From NCBI GenBank assembly GCA_963789955.1, contig CAWBMV010000017.1, positions 1-64,000 of the forward strand: a stretch of 64,000 nt of DNA, given 5' to 3'. The stretch comes from an uncultured Candidatus Rokubacteria bacterium. GTDB lineage: Bacteria > Methylomirabilota > Methylomirabilia > Rokubacteriales > CSP1-6. Of this stretch, positions 30,718 to 41,177 are shown in pieces. How positions within the stretch are numbered: the first letter of the stretch is position 1; each line of letters opens with the position of its first letter. The notes beneath the pieces are model-generated. The model was not told the origin of the DNA and made no database searches. It saw nothing but the letters and a program-made list of their open reading frames with translations. The position numbers and the translations under genes are program-made.

Positions 30718-33399
30718 GCGCTGAGCGGGCTCACCAGCCGGCGCAGACGCCGCCGACGGCGGCTCCGCCTGCCACGGACAACCTCGTGGGGCTTGCCATG
30801 TCCGGCGGCGGCATCCGAAGCGCGACCTTCGGGCTCGGCGCGCTCCAGGCTCTCCAGAAGCTCGGGCTGCTCGGGATCTTCGACTATGTGTCCACGGTGT
30901 CGGGCGGCGGCTTCACCGGGGCCTGGTGGAGCGCCTGGCTGTCGCGAGCCGAGCGGCAGCCGAGAGATCTCTTTCCCGAGGCCGAGGACATCGAGCCGAG
31001 CCGACGGCCGTCCACGCTCCTCACCGCTCAGGATTCGTCGAAGCCGCCGGACGAGTCGCGGGCCGCGCGCGATCCGATTCACCATCTCCGTCTCTTCGCC
31101 AACTATCTGACGCCGCGCCGCGGCGCCTTGAGCGCCGACACCTGGCGCGCGGTCACGTTCTACGTGCGGAGCCTCGTCTTCAACTGGCTCGTGCTGGTGC
31201 CAATGCTCCTGGTGGTGGTCATGGCGGCGCAGCTCTACTTCGTCGCCTGGAACCGGGACGTCGCCATGGGCTTCGCGTGCTCGACGCCCGAGGGCGACGA
31301 CGTGACCTACCAGGTGCTGTGGACCCTCTGCGAGGACGCCGACCTGACCCACGGCCAGGTGCTCTGGGCCCGGGTCGCGTATGCGGCAGCGCCACTCGTG
31401 ATTCTCCTCGTGGCGATGGCGGCCGTATCGATCCTGTGGCTTCTCCACGGCACGTCGACACCGTGGCTGGCGCTTGTTCGGCTTGCTGACGCTCTTCGGA
31501 TTCGCGGCGTTCCTCGCGGAGCGAGTGAACAGCGGGGCGACCGGCCCCTCGTGGCTGTCAGTGCCCGGCCTGTCCCTGGTGGCGGCCGGGCTCGTCGCAG
31601 TCGCGCATGTCGTGAAGCTGGTGACGACGGCCAGGGTGAACGGCCACGTCCCGCACGATGCGCATCGCACGACCCTCGCTCAGTGGAACAGCGGCCTGCT
31701 CATGATCACGGTGCTGCTCGCTCTTTGCCTGGCGGTCGCCGGGTTCGGCCACGAGATCGTCTGGTTCTTCTTTTATCCGAAGACGGGACGGGTGTGGTCC
31801 GCCGTTCGTCAGGCCGGAGGCTGGGGCGCGGTCGTCGTGGCGGCGGCGAGCGCGGCGTGGACCGCCTACCAGGCCGCGCCGTCGGGTCGAGCCAAGGACA
31901 GCGCCGAGCCGCAGAGCCGGACGACGCAAGTGGTGTTCCTGGTCGCGCCCTACGTCGTGCTGGGCGTCCTGGTCCTGCTCCTGGCGTACGCGGCGCGGAA
32001 GAGCATCGTCGCGGTCGCGATCGACCTCGACGTCGCGGAGGCGCTCTCGTACGGGGTGATCGCGGGAGCCGTCGTGCAGCTCGTGTTCGCCATCTCGGAG
32101 CTTCGACGCAGGCGCTTGCCCGGCGTCAACTACCGCGCGTGGATTCTCGTCGCGCTCGCGATCGTCGGCAGCGGGAGCCAGGCGATGTTCCTCTGGCGCT
32201 TCGACGACGAGAGCGTGACGTTCACGCTCTTCTACGTCGGGGTCGCGGAAATCCTGCTGGCGGTCGCCGCCGTGGTGGGCTTGGGCTGGATGTCGGATCC
32301 GAACGGGCTCTCGATGCACGCCTTCTACAAGGCGCGTCTGGTGCGGGCGTACCTCGGAGCGTCGAATCCCGACCGCCGCGGCGAGCAGGTGACCGACGCC
32401 GTACCGGGCGACGACGTACCGCTCAGGAGCCTCTGCAATCACGACCGCGGCGCGCCGTACCATCTCGTCAACACGACCCTGAACCTCGTGGCCAGCGTCG
32501 ATCTCGCGACCGCCCAGCGCTCGGCCGCCAACTTCGTGCTCTCGAGCTATTACTGCGGCTCGGCGCGCACGGGCTACCGGCGGACCGACGAGTACATGGG
32601 CGGCGAGCTCACACTCGGCACGGCCGCGGCGATCTCGGGAGCGGCCGCGAGCCCCAACATGGGCTCACGAACCCCGAGCATGCCCCTCGTGGTGCTCCTG
32701 GCGCTCGTGAACGCGCGGCTCGGCTTCTGGGCTCCGACGCCGTACGCCGCGCGCTGGCGCGAGCCTCTCGCGGCGCTGTGGCCCTTCTATCTCCTCAGCG
32801 AAGCGCTGTCGCAGACCACGGACCTGTCGACCTACTGCTATCTGACGGACGGCGGTCACTTCGACAACACGGGCCTCTATCCGCTGGTCGAGCGCGGCTG
32901 CCGCTACATCGTGCTGCTCGACTGCGGCGCCGACCCCGGGCCGTGTTTCGCCGATCTGGGCGACGCGATCCGCCGCTGCCGCATCGATTTCGGCGCCGAA
33001 ATCTCGCTGGGCGTCCAGGGCTTTCTGGATCACGCGCCGAACAACGGCCTCGCGGCCCGGCACGTGATCGCCGGCAAGATCCTCTATCGCCAGGAGCACT
33101 GGGATCAGCTCGGCTTCGCCGCTCAGAGCGACGCCGACCGCACCGGCGTCATCGTCTGGGTCAAGCCGGCCGTGACGGCGGACGACGCGGCCGACGTCCG
33201 CCAGTACAAGCTGGAGAATCCCGACTTCCCGCATCAGACGACCGTCGATCAGTGGTACGACGAGGCGCAGTTCGAGAGCTATCGCAAGCTCGCGTACGAC
33301 AGCGTGACCAATGCCCTGCGCCCGTGCGTTCAACCGGGTCCGCTCGGGGCGGCCCACGTCCAGGCGTTCTTCAGAAGCCTCGAAGCGCAGTATCCCTAG
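30714..33399 (+). CDS. patatin-like phospholipase with a roughly 550-aa polytopic membrane domain inserted between the Ser and Asp catalytic motifs (one +1 frameshift near 31470)
   Basis: 'LAMSGGGIRSATFGLGALQAL' (GGGxR oxyanion hole), 'YVSTVSGGG' (nucleophilic Ser), 10 or more predicted TM helices, then 'YLTDGGHFDNTGLYPL' (DGG catalytic Asp motif). The N-terminal part is in ORF 30531.. and the remainder in ORF 31474..33399. Confidence 0.7.
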
Positions 33400-33432
33400 C
33401 TCAAGACGCTTCTCAGCCGGCGGGCTGCAACT

Positions 33433-34691
33433 TCAGTCGCGGCTTCGCCAGGGACGTGTGATGAGTCGGGCGCCGCGTTGCCAGGACAGGTAGGCCCAGG
33501 CCCACTCGAACAGCACGAGGAAGCGATTGCGAAAGCCGATCAGGAACATGATGTGCACGAAGAGCCACGCGAGCCACGCGATCAGGCCCGAGAGCTGGAT
33601 GCCGCCGACGACCGCGACGGCCGCGGCGCGCCCGATGGTCGCCATGGTTCCGCGATCGCGGTAGCGAAAGGCGCGAGTCGGCCGGCCGCTCAGACGTCGC
33701 AGCACGTTGTCCGCCGCGCGCCGGCCCTGCTGGATCGCGACGGGGGCCAGCCCCGGGAGCGGCGCGCCCGATGGGCCGCGACAGACGCTCATATCCCCGA
33801 TGACGAACACCTCCGGGTGACCCGCGATCGAAAGATCCGCTTCGACGGGGACGCGACCGGCCCGATCGAGCGTGATGCCCAGGGTCCGGGCGAGCGGCGA
33901 CGCCGCCACCCCCGCGGCCCAGAGCACGGTGCGCGCGCGAATCTGCTCGCCGCCGAGCCAGACCGCGTCGGGGGTGACTCGCGTGACGGTCGTTCCGGTG
34001 CGGACCTCGACACCGATGCGCTCGAGCGCATCCTGAGCGCGGCCGCTCAGCGGCTCCGGAAAGGCGCTGAGGATTCTGGCGACCGCCCTCGACGAGGACG
34101 ATGCGCGCCTTGGTCGGATCGATGACGCGAAAATCGCGCGCGATGGTCTGGCGTGAGATCTCGCCGAGCGCGCCGGCCAGCTCCACGCCGGTGGGACCGC
34201 CGCCGACGACCACGAAGGTGAGCAGCGCGCGCTGCTCGGCGCCGTCCGTCTCACGCTCGGCGGATTCGTACGCGAGGAGCACCCGGCGGCGGATCTCGAG
34301 CGCGTCTTCGAGCGTCTTCAGACCGGGAGCGAACGGCTTCCCAGTCCTCGTGGCCGAAGTACGAATGGCTGGCGCCCGCCGCGAGGATGAGCGCGTCGTA
34401 GCCGATCTCGCCGCGATCGAGCGCGAGCCGCCGCGCGCCGAGATCGATTCGCTGGACCTCCGCCAGGAGCACCGTGACGTTCCGGGCGCGGCGGAGCACC
34501 GAGCGCAGCGGCGCCGCGATGTCGGACGCGTTCAGCGCCGCGGTCGCGACCTGGTAGAGGAGCGGCTGAAACAGATGGTGATTGCGTCGGTCCAGCAGGG
34601 TGACCCGCACGGGCCGATCCGCGAGCGCGCGGGCCGCGTTGAGCCCGCCGAAGCCACCGCCCACCACGACCACGTGGGGACGGTCGGCCAC
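33433..34691 (-). pseudogene. type II NADH:quinone oxidoreductase (NDH-2) with two frameshifts
   Basis: 'HVVVVGGGFGGLNAAR' (first FAD motif) in 34251..34691. '[20 protein letters not shown]' in 33413..34282. C-terminal part with 'VFVIGDMS' and TM tail in 33433..34254. Confidence 0.7.
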
Positions 34692-34775
34692 GTCAGGAAC
34701 CGAGGTTCGGCGCGGCGGTGAGAAGAACGGCGAGCGGCCCGCGCGCCGGCTCGCGGGCCGCCATCCGGCGCGACA

Positions 34776-35549
34776 CTAGGCCTTGGCGTGCTGACGAACG
34801 AAGGCCTGAACGCGCTTCCAGGCGTCGGCCGAGGCCTCCGCGAACTCCGTCTGCTTGCGATCGAAGAAGCTGTGCGGCGCGCCCGGATAGACCGTCGAAT
34901 CGTGCTTCACGCCGGCCTTCCGGCACGCGGCGTCGAACTCGTCGACGGCGGTCTGGGGAATGCCCTGATCGGCGCCGCCGAAGAGCGAGAGCACGCCGCA
35001 CTTGTAGCGCGGGACCGCGTCGATCGGCTTGGGCCGGTCCGGCCAGCGACTGAGACCGAGCGGCCAGCCGTAGAACCCGATCACGCCCGAATAGCCGAGC
35101 CCGCTCGCGGCCTGCAGGTACGAGAGCGCGCCGCCGAAGCAGAACCCGACCGAGAAGATCGACCGCACCTCGCCGCCGTCTTTGCTCTTCAAGTACGCGA
35201 CGGCCGCCGCGATGTCGGCCTGAAGGGCGTCGGGCTTCGTTTGCGGCACGTGTGGCATGAAGTCGAAGCTTTCGCCACGATCGTCAGAGGGTGCGGTCCG
35301 CGCGAAGAAGTCGATCGCGACGGCGTCCACGCCCACCTCGGCGAAGCGGTCGGCGAGCTCCTTGTAGTACGGATGCAGCCCGCGCACGTCGGGGATGACG
35401 ACCATCCCGGCGCCCGTCGGTTTGCCGGCGCGCGCCGCGTGAGCCATGAAGCGCGTGCCGTCCGACGAGTTGAGCCGAAGGTCGCGCGAGCCGGCCGAGC
35501 CGCCGGCGATCGGATGAATTGGCGGACGAGAGTCGTTATCGACGCACAT
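34776..35549 (-). CDS. dienelactone hydrolase family protein
   Basis: 'GAGMVVIPDVRGLHPYY', 'VGFCFGG' nucleophile elbow, 'YPGAPHSF'. Confidence 0.8.
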   Translation of the reverse strand: MCVDNDSRPPIHPIAGGSAGSRDLRLNSSDGTRFMAHAARAGKPTGAGMVVIPDVRGLHPYYKELADRFAEVGVDAVAIDFFARTAPSDDRGESFDFMPHVPQTKPDALQADIAAAVAYLKSKDGGEVRSIFSVGFCFGGALSYLQAASGLGYSGVIGFYGWPLGLSRWPDRPKPIDAVPRYKCGVLSLFGGADQGIPQTAVDEFDAACRKAGVKHDSTVYPGAPHSFFDRKQTEFAEASADAWKRVQAFVRQHAKA

Positions 35550-35683
35550 GGAGGCCTCCTTGTTGCCGGGCGGCGCCCGGATAGCTTGACTCTAACACCC
35601 GGCGCGATATAGTCGCGGCTCAGCGGGATATCAGTGTGGACGGCGCGCCTCGGCGCGCCCATCTTCACGCGGGGGAGGACGAG

Positions 35684-36901
35684 ATGAAGGACGGCCTACG
35701 GTTCGTCGACTGCGACATGCACATCATGGAGCCGGTGGACCTCTTCGATCGCTATCTGGATCCGCGGTTCAAGGACCGCGTGATGCTCCAGGTGGGCGCC
35801 GACGGCCGGGCGCGGCGCGGGACGATCGTCATCGACGGCCTGCCCACGACGCGTGACGCCGAGATGCAGCAATACCGGAAGCGGAACCGCCCGGGCTCGA
35901 CGCACAGCACCCAGCCGCTGTCGGGCTCGCGGCTCGCGGACACCGGCCGCCTCGATTTCGCGATCGACCGCAAGTACAACGCCGAAGCGCAGGTGATGGG
36001 CATGGCGATGGAAGGCGTCGACATCGCGGTGCTGTACCCGACGACGGGGCTCTCGCTCATCGCGCGCGACAATCTGGATCCCCAGCTCTCGCTGGCTCTC
36101 TGCCAGGCCTACAACAACTGGATCCACGAGTTCTGCCAGTACAGCCCGGAGCGGCTGAAGTTCGTCGCGATGCTGCCGGTGCACGACGTGCACCTGGCCT
36201 CGCGCGAGCTCGTCCGCTGCGTGCGCGAGCTCGGCGCGGTCGGCTCGTTCATCCGGCCGAATCTCGTCAACGGCCACTACTGGCACTCGAACTACTGGGA
36301 TCCGCTCTACAGCCTGCACGAGGAGCTCAACGTGACCTGGGGCTTCCACGAGGGCACGGGAGCCTGGTACTCGTACTTCAACGACCTCTACGGCGAGAAC
36401 CGGTTCTACCGTCACGTCGCCAGCCACTGGATCGAGATGCAGCAGGCGCTGATCGCGATGATCATCGGCGGCGTGTTCGAGTTCCACCCCAAGCTTCGCG
36501 TCGGCTTCCTCGAGGCGCAGAACTCCTGGGCGCCGGGTCTCCTGTCGCGCATCGAGTGGGACTATCCGCAATATCGCGACTCACACGCGCCGTACCTGTC
36601 GATGACGCCGCGCGAGTACTTCCGGCGCAACTGCTGGGCGGCGGTCGAGGGGAGCGAGCCGGAGATCGAAGCGACGGCCGGTCTCATCGGCGCGGACCGT
36701 ATGTGCATCTCGACCGACTATCCGCACTTCGACTCGAATTTCCCGCACGTCTCGACGAATCTGCTGAAGAACGTGCCGCGCGAGATCGCGGCGCAGATCT
36801 TCATGGGCGGCGCGCATCTCTACGCGTTCGGCGAACGTGACTTCCAGCGGGCCGCGCAGGCGGCGGACAGGCAGCTCGGCGGAGCCGCGGCCGGCGGCTG
36901 A
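35684..36901 (+). CDS. amidohydrolase-2 family protein (ACMSD-like metal-dependent hydrolase/decarboxylase)
   Basis: 'FVDCDMHIMEP' and 'ISTDYPHFDS'. ATG 35684 with gggggagga RBS. Confidence 0.8.
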   Translation: MKDGLRFVDCDMHIMEPVDLFDRYLDPRFKDRVMLQVGADGRARRGTIVIDGLPTTRDAEMQQYRKRNRPGSTHSTQPLSGSRLADTGRLDFAIDRKYNAEAQVMGMAMEGVDIAVLYPTTGLSLIARDNLDPQLSLALCQAYNNWIHEFCQYSPERLKFVAMLPVHDVHLASRELVRCVRELGAVGSFIRPNLVNGHYWHSNYWDPLYSLHEELNVTWGFHEGTGAWYSYFNDLYGENRFYRHVASHWIEMQQALIAMIIGGVFEFHPKLRVGFLEAQNSWAPGLLSRIEWDYPQYRDSHAPYLSMTPREYFRRNCWAAVEGSEPEIEATAGLIGADRMCISTDYPHFDSNFPHVSTNLLKNVPREIAAQIFMGGAHLYAFGERDFQRAAQAADRQLGGAAAGG

Positions 36902-36982
36902 TCGTTCGGCACGCACCTGGGCGCCTCGTTCGAGGCGCCCAAGTGCGTGCGCACGCGCGATCCGCGCTGTACGCTGGCAGCC

Positions 36983-37450
36983 ATGCTTCGCACCCGGTTC
37001 GCGATCGCGTCGTTCTGGCTGGTCCTGGTCCTGTTTCTCGGCAGCGCCTACTTCGCCGCTCAGGAAACGGGACGCTACGTTCTGCCTTTCCTGAAATTCC
37101 TGATGCCCGGAGTGCCCTCCTCCGAGCTTCAGGCCATCCACATGGTGCTGCGCAAGCTGGCCCACGTGCTCGAGTACGCCGTGCTGGCACTGCTCTGGCA
37201 TCGGGCACTCCACGAGGTGGGCGGCCTGAGCCCGCGGACGGCCGCGTGGGTGGCGCTCTCGATCTGCCTGGTGTGCTCCTTCGCCGACGAGGCGCACCAA
37301 TCGATGCTCCCCTCTCGCCACGGCAGCGCCCGTGATTTCGTCATCGACGCCTTCGGCGCGACCGCGATGCTCACGATCGCGAGGGGACGGACCATGGGCG
37401 ACCGCGGCGGACGCTTGAGCGGCGCGATCGCCGCCGAGCCCGCCGACTGA
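36983..37450 (+). CDS. VanZ-family membrane protein
   Basis: 'RKLAHVLEYAVLALLWHRAL' and 'SFADEAHQSMLPSRHGSARDFVIDAFGA' (VanZ-like motifs). Start not well defined (36947 or 36983). Confidence 0.6.
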   Translation: MLRTRFAIASFWLVLVLFLGSAYFAAQETGRYVLPFLKFLMPGVPSSELQAIHMVLRKLAHVLEYAVLALLWHRALHEVGGLSPRTAAWVALSICLVCSFADEAHQSMLPSRHGSARDFVIDAFGATAMLTIARGRTMGDRGGRLSGAIAAEPAD

Positions 37451-37479
37451 CCGGGGCCGGCTTCCCGTCTAACCCGCGA

Positions 37480-38097
37480 TCAGGCGAGCAGGCCGGCGAG
37501 GATGCCGGTCAGGAATACGCCGTCGAATGTGCCCGCGCCTCCGATCGATACGATCGGCGCGCCCAGGCGCGCGATCCGCCCGAGATTGAGGAGGTCGGCC
37601 CCGATCAGGGTCCCCATGGAGCCCGCGACGTAAGCAACCGGCGGCGCCCGGCGGAATGCCAGGAGCAGGGCGACGCCGGCGGCGACCAGCGGTGGCGCGA
37701 TCATGGGCACCGCGATGCCGACGCCCGGAACCAGCTCGGCAAGACTGTGCACCACCGCCGCGACCACCACCGTGCCGATCAGCATCCGCACGAGCATGCC
37801 GGTGCGGGCCACCAGGTACAGCGACACGAGGATCGGAATCAGCGCGCCGCCCACGTTGAGCGCCACGATGGTCCCGTGAGTCGTCCGCCCGGCCACCCCG
37901 GGTCCGATCGCGAAGAGCGGGATGTCCACTCCCGCTCCGATCAAGGACAACAGCATCACGGCGAAGGCATAGCGCGGATTGACGCCGACCTTGCGGTACG
38001 CGTACGTCAGGACACGGATCTCGACCAGAAAGATCAACAGCGCGAAGAGGAAGAGAAGAAGGACCAGCGGGAGAGAGAAAGGCGGTGAGTGGATCAC
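37480..38097 (-). CDS. integral membrane protein (hypothetical, 6 or more TM)
   Basis: Hydrophobic throughout. 205-aa ORF with no competing reading frame. Confidence 0.55.
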   Translation of the reverse strand: MIHSPPFSLPLVLLLFLFALLIFLVEIRVLTYAYRKVGVNPRYAFAVMLLSLIGAGVDIPLFAIGPGVAGRTTHGTIVALNVGGALIPILVSLYLVARTGMLVRMLIGTVVVAAVVHSLAELVPGVGIAVPMIAPPLVAAGVALLLAFRRAPPVAYVAGSMGTLIGADLLNLGRIARLGAPIVSIGGAGTFDGVFLTGILAGLLA

Positions 38098-38116
38098 GAA
38101 CGCGTCTCGGGCAAAG

Positions 38117-38524
38117 CTACATCCCGCCGCCGCCTCCGCCGCTGCCGCCCGAGCACGTCCAGTCGAACGAGAGCACCTGGACGCGGTAGCTCGCCGCTTC
38201 GGCCACGGAGGTGCTGAAGAACGCGCGGGACCCCATCGGCACGTCGCCGATCACCCAGAACGCCGAGGTCCCGACGACTCCGCCGGACGCGTCGACTCGC
38301 TGGACCTGAAGGCGGACGCGCTGAGCCGTCTGATGCGCGTCGTTGTAGAGATAGCCTTCGACCGCGGGGCCCCTGCGATTGCGAGTCACGTCGAACTCGA
38401 TCCGGAAGTTGCGATCGATCGTCTCGGGGGCATAGAGCGTTTGCGTCGGTGCGGGCGCCGCACCGGCGCCGACGAGCAGGAGCGCGACGGCTACGACCGA
38501 GCTTGCTCGTCGCGCTCGAATCAT
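38117..38524 (-). CDS. small secreted hypothetical protein with Gly-rich C-terminus
   Basis: 'MIRARRASSVVAVALLLVGAGAAPAPTQT'. Start overlaps the upstream stop (ATGA). Ends 'GGSGGGGGGM'. Confidence 0.5.
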   Translation of the reverse strand: MIRARRASSVVAVALLLVGAGAAPAPTQTLYAPETIDRNFRIEFDVTRNRRGPAVEGYLYNDAHQTAQRVRLQVQRVDASGGVVGTSAFWVIGDVPMGSRAFFSTSVAEAASYRVQVLSFDWTCSGGSGGGGGGM

Positions 38525-39435
38525 CGCAGGACGACACTGGTGATCGGCGGCAAGCCCTTGGCCACGAGGTTCCATCGCTCACCTCCGTCGACCGAGCGGA
38601 ACACGTGACCGTCTTCGGTCCCGCATACGACGAGACCGCCGTCGTCCGCCGCGAGACAACCGGTATCGACGTTGTCACCGAACCAGGACGGCAAGCCGTC
38701 GGTGCAACGCTCGAACGCGGCCTCCTCCTGCGAGTCGCGCACGATAGAGGGCGGCGCGTCGGCCGCCCGGCCCCGTCGACGCCGACACGAGCACGTCTCG
38801 GCGCTGACCGCGACCGCGCGCAGATAGTGGGCGTGCATGCCGGCGGTGATAAATCGCCAGGATTGGCCGGCGTCGCGACTGATCCCGAAGCCCACGGCCG
38901 CCGCGGCGAGCACGATCTCGGAGCGACTCGGATGCGCGAGCACCTGGTGCACGTCGCTCTCGATGTCGACCGTCGGCGTCCAGGTCCGACCCCCGTCGCG
39001 CGAGCGAACGACGCCGCCGACGTGGACGTTGACGTACAGCGCGCCGTCGCGCGCGGCCGAGATCGACCGCACGTCGGCTGGATCACCCCAGGGCGTGTAC
39101 CACGTGTCGCGTCCTTCGATCGCCTCGAACGACTCGACCGGCTCGAGGGTGCTGCCGTTCAGGCGCAGCAGATGCGCCTCCTCGGTGCCGATCAGGAGAC
39201 CGATCGGCGTCGCCGCCAGAGACGTCGCCGCGGGTCCTTCGATCGTCGCGCGTGGCTTCCAGGTGGAGTCGACACCCTCCCAGAGAGTCCGGCCGTCGAC
39301 GACGGCCCACTCGCGCGGACCGTCGACCGCGAGCGCCGTGAGGGATTTCCCGGTGAGCGCCTCTACGGGGAAGACCTGATCGGTCTCGACCCACCAGAGC
39401 CCTTCGCGCGTGCCCACACGGATCTTCGACGTCAT
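38521..39435 (-). CDS. BNR/Asp-box repeat protein (beta-propeller, sialidase/Ycf48-like fold)
   Basis: Three Asp-box repeats 'SRDGGRTW', 'SRDAGQSW' and 'SVDGGERW'. No signal peptide from ATG 39435. Confidence 0.6.
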   Translation of the reverse strand: MTSKIRVGTREGLWWVETDQVFPVEALTGKSLTALAVDGPREWAVVDGRTLWEGVDSTWKPRATIEGPAATSLAATPIGLLIGTEEAHLLRLNGSTLEPVESFEAIEGRDTWYTPWGDPADVRSISAARDGALYVNVHVGGVVRSRDGGRTWTPTVDIESDVHQVLAHPSRSEIVLAAAAVGFGISRDAGQSWRFITAGMHAHYLRAVAVSAETCSCRRRRGRAADAPPSIVRDSQEEAAFERCTDGLPSWFGDNVDTGCLAADDGGLVVCGTEDGHVFRSVDGGERWNLVAKGLPPITSVVLR

Positions 39436-39676
39436 GCCGCCGATGATACTCGCTCGCGGTTGGCGATGCGAGGTCTGCCAGGGCGGGCGAGACCCTGCAG
39501 GACATGAAGCCCGGTGATCAGATCGCGGGCGAAGCTTCGAGAAGCGCCGAAGTGCTGACGCAATTCGCGCCGCAGGCCGTCGCGGGGCTGGGGCCCCCGC
39601 CGGCCGAGTCGCGACTCGTAATCTGAGTCGATCGCCGTCCTCTCGCGAAGAGGTCGCGTGAGATAGAATCGCTCGC

Positions 39677-41167
39677 GTGTCAGCGACGGCGGACCGCGAT
39701 CCGTGCTGGGTGACGATCACGGAGGTTCAGGCGGCCATGCAGCAGGGCCGCCTGACCTCCCTGCAGCTGACCGAACGGTTCCTCGAGCGAATCGAGGCGT
39801 ACGACCGCGGCGGCCCGCGGCTCAACGCCGTGCTCGAGGTGAACCCCGAGGCCCGCGAGATAGCCGAAGCCCTCGACCGGGAGCGCGCCTCGAGGGGCAG
39901 CCGGGGGCCGATGCACGGCATTCCGATCTTCCTGAAGGACAACATCGCGACGGCCGACCGCCTGCACACCAGTGCCGGCTCGCTGGCCCTCAAGGATTGC
40001 GTCGCGCCGCGCGACGCGTTCCTCGTCGCGCGACTTCGCGAGTCGGGTGCGGTGATCCTGGGCAAGGCGAACATGACCGAGTGGGCGAACTTCATGACCA
40101 CCGACATGCCCGCCGGGTACAGCTCGCGTGGAGGTCAGGTCAAGAATCCATACGGGGAGAGCCTCAGCCCTGGGGGCTCCAGTAGCGGCTCGGCCGTCGT
40201 CGTCGCCGCCGGCCTCTGCACCGTCGCGGTCGGCACCGAGACGTCCGGCTCGATCCTGAGTCCGGCCAACTGGAACTCGGTCGTCGGCGTGAAGCCGACT
40301 CTCGGTCTCATCTCACGGTCCGGCATCGTGCCGATCGCGGCCAGTCAGGACACCGCCGGCCCGTTCGGCCGCACGGTCACGGACGCCGCGATCCTCCTGG
40401 CCGCGATGACCGGGGTCGACACCCTCGATCGCGCCACACGGGCGAGCCGCCGGCACGCGCGGCGCGACTACACGGAGTTGCTGTCACAAGGCGGGCTCGA
40501 GGGCGTCAGGCTCGGCGTGCCGCGTGCGGTGTTCTACGAGCGCCTGGCTGCCGCCGAGGCGCCCGTGATCGACACGGCTCTGCACGCTCTCGGTGGTCTC
40601 GGCGCGACCCTCGTCGATCCCGCGAACATCGCCACCGCCCGCGAAGTGACCGACTTTCGCTCCGACGTCATGCTCTACGAGTTCAAGCGCGATCTGAACC
40701 GGTACTTGCAGGGCCTCGGCGAATCGTCACCGGTGCATTCGATCCGTGACCTGATCCGTTTCAACGAAGCGCGCCCCCAGGAGATGCTGCGCTTCGGTCA
40801 GGTGCGGTTGCTCGCGGCCCAGTCGACGAACGGGCTCCGGACCGAGACGTACCGCCGCAGCCGCGCCGAGGATCTCCGCATCTCGAGAGCCGACGGAATC
40901 GATCGGGTGATGGCCAGTGAGCGCCTCGACGCGCTGGTGTTCCCGGGATGGTCCGGTGCCGCCATCGGCGCCAAGGCCGGCTACCCGAGCGTGATCGTTC
41001 CGGCCGGTTACACGGCCGAGGGCACGCCGATCGGGCTCACATTTCTCGGCCGCGCGTGGCGCGAGCCGACCCTGTTGCGCATCGCGCACGCGTTCGAGAG
41101 CGCCACCCGCTCGAGGCGCCCGCCGACGAGCGTCGTCACGCCGAACGTCGGCGCCTCTTCGCTATGA
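39677..41167 (+). CDS. amidase (amidase-signature family)
   Basis: 'GGSSSGSAVVVAAGLCTVAVGTETSGSI' (amidase-signature Ser-cisSer-Lys region). 'HGIPIFLKDNI'. GTG start. Confidence 0.8.
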   Translation: MSATADRDPCWVTITEVQAAMQQGRLTSLQLTERFLERIEAYDRGGPRLNAVLEVNPEAREIAEALDRERASRGSRGPMHGIPIFLKDNIATADRLHTSAGSLALKDCVAPRDAFLVARLRESGAVILGKANMTEWANFMTTDMPAGYSSRGGQVKNPYGESLSPGGSSSGSAVVVAAGLCTVAVGTETSGSILSPANWNSVVGVKPTLGLISRSGIVPIAASQDTAGPFGRTVTDAAILLAAMTGVDTLDRATRASRRHARRDYTELLSQGGLEGVRLGVPRAVFYERLAAAEAPVIDTALHALGGLGATLVDPANIATAREVTDFRSDVMLYEFKRDLNRYLQGLGESSPVHSIRDLIRFNEARPQEMLRFGQVRLLAAQSTNGLRTETYRRSRAEDLRISRADGIDRVMASERLDALVFPGWSGAAIGAKAGYPSVIVPAGYTAEGTPIGLTFLGRAWREPTLLRIAHAFESATRSRRPPTSVVTPNVGASSL

Positions 41168-41177
41168 GGAAGACACC

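Noticed and set aside
30714-33399. Patatin gene as a CBASS effector (CapV-like).
   Set aside because: No CD-NTase, HORMA/TRIP13, E1/E2 or other CBASS signalling gene lies within several kb on either side. The architecture (TM insert inside the lipase) also differs from CapV.
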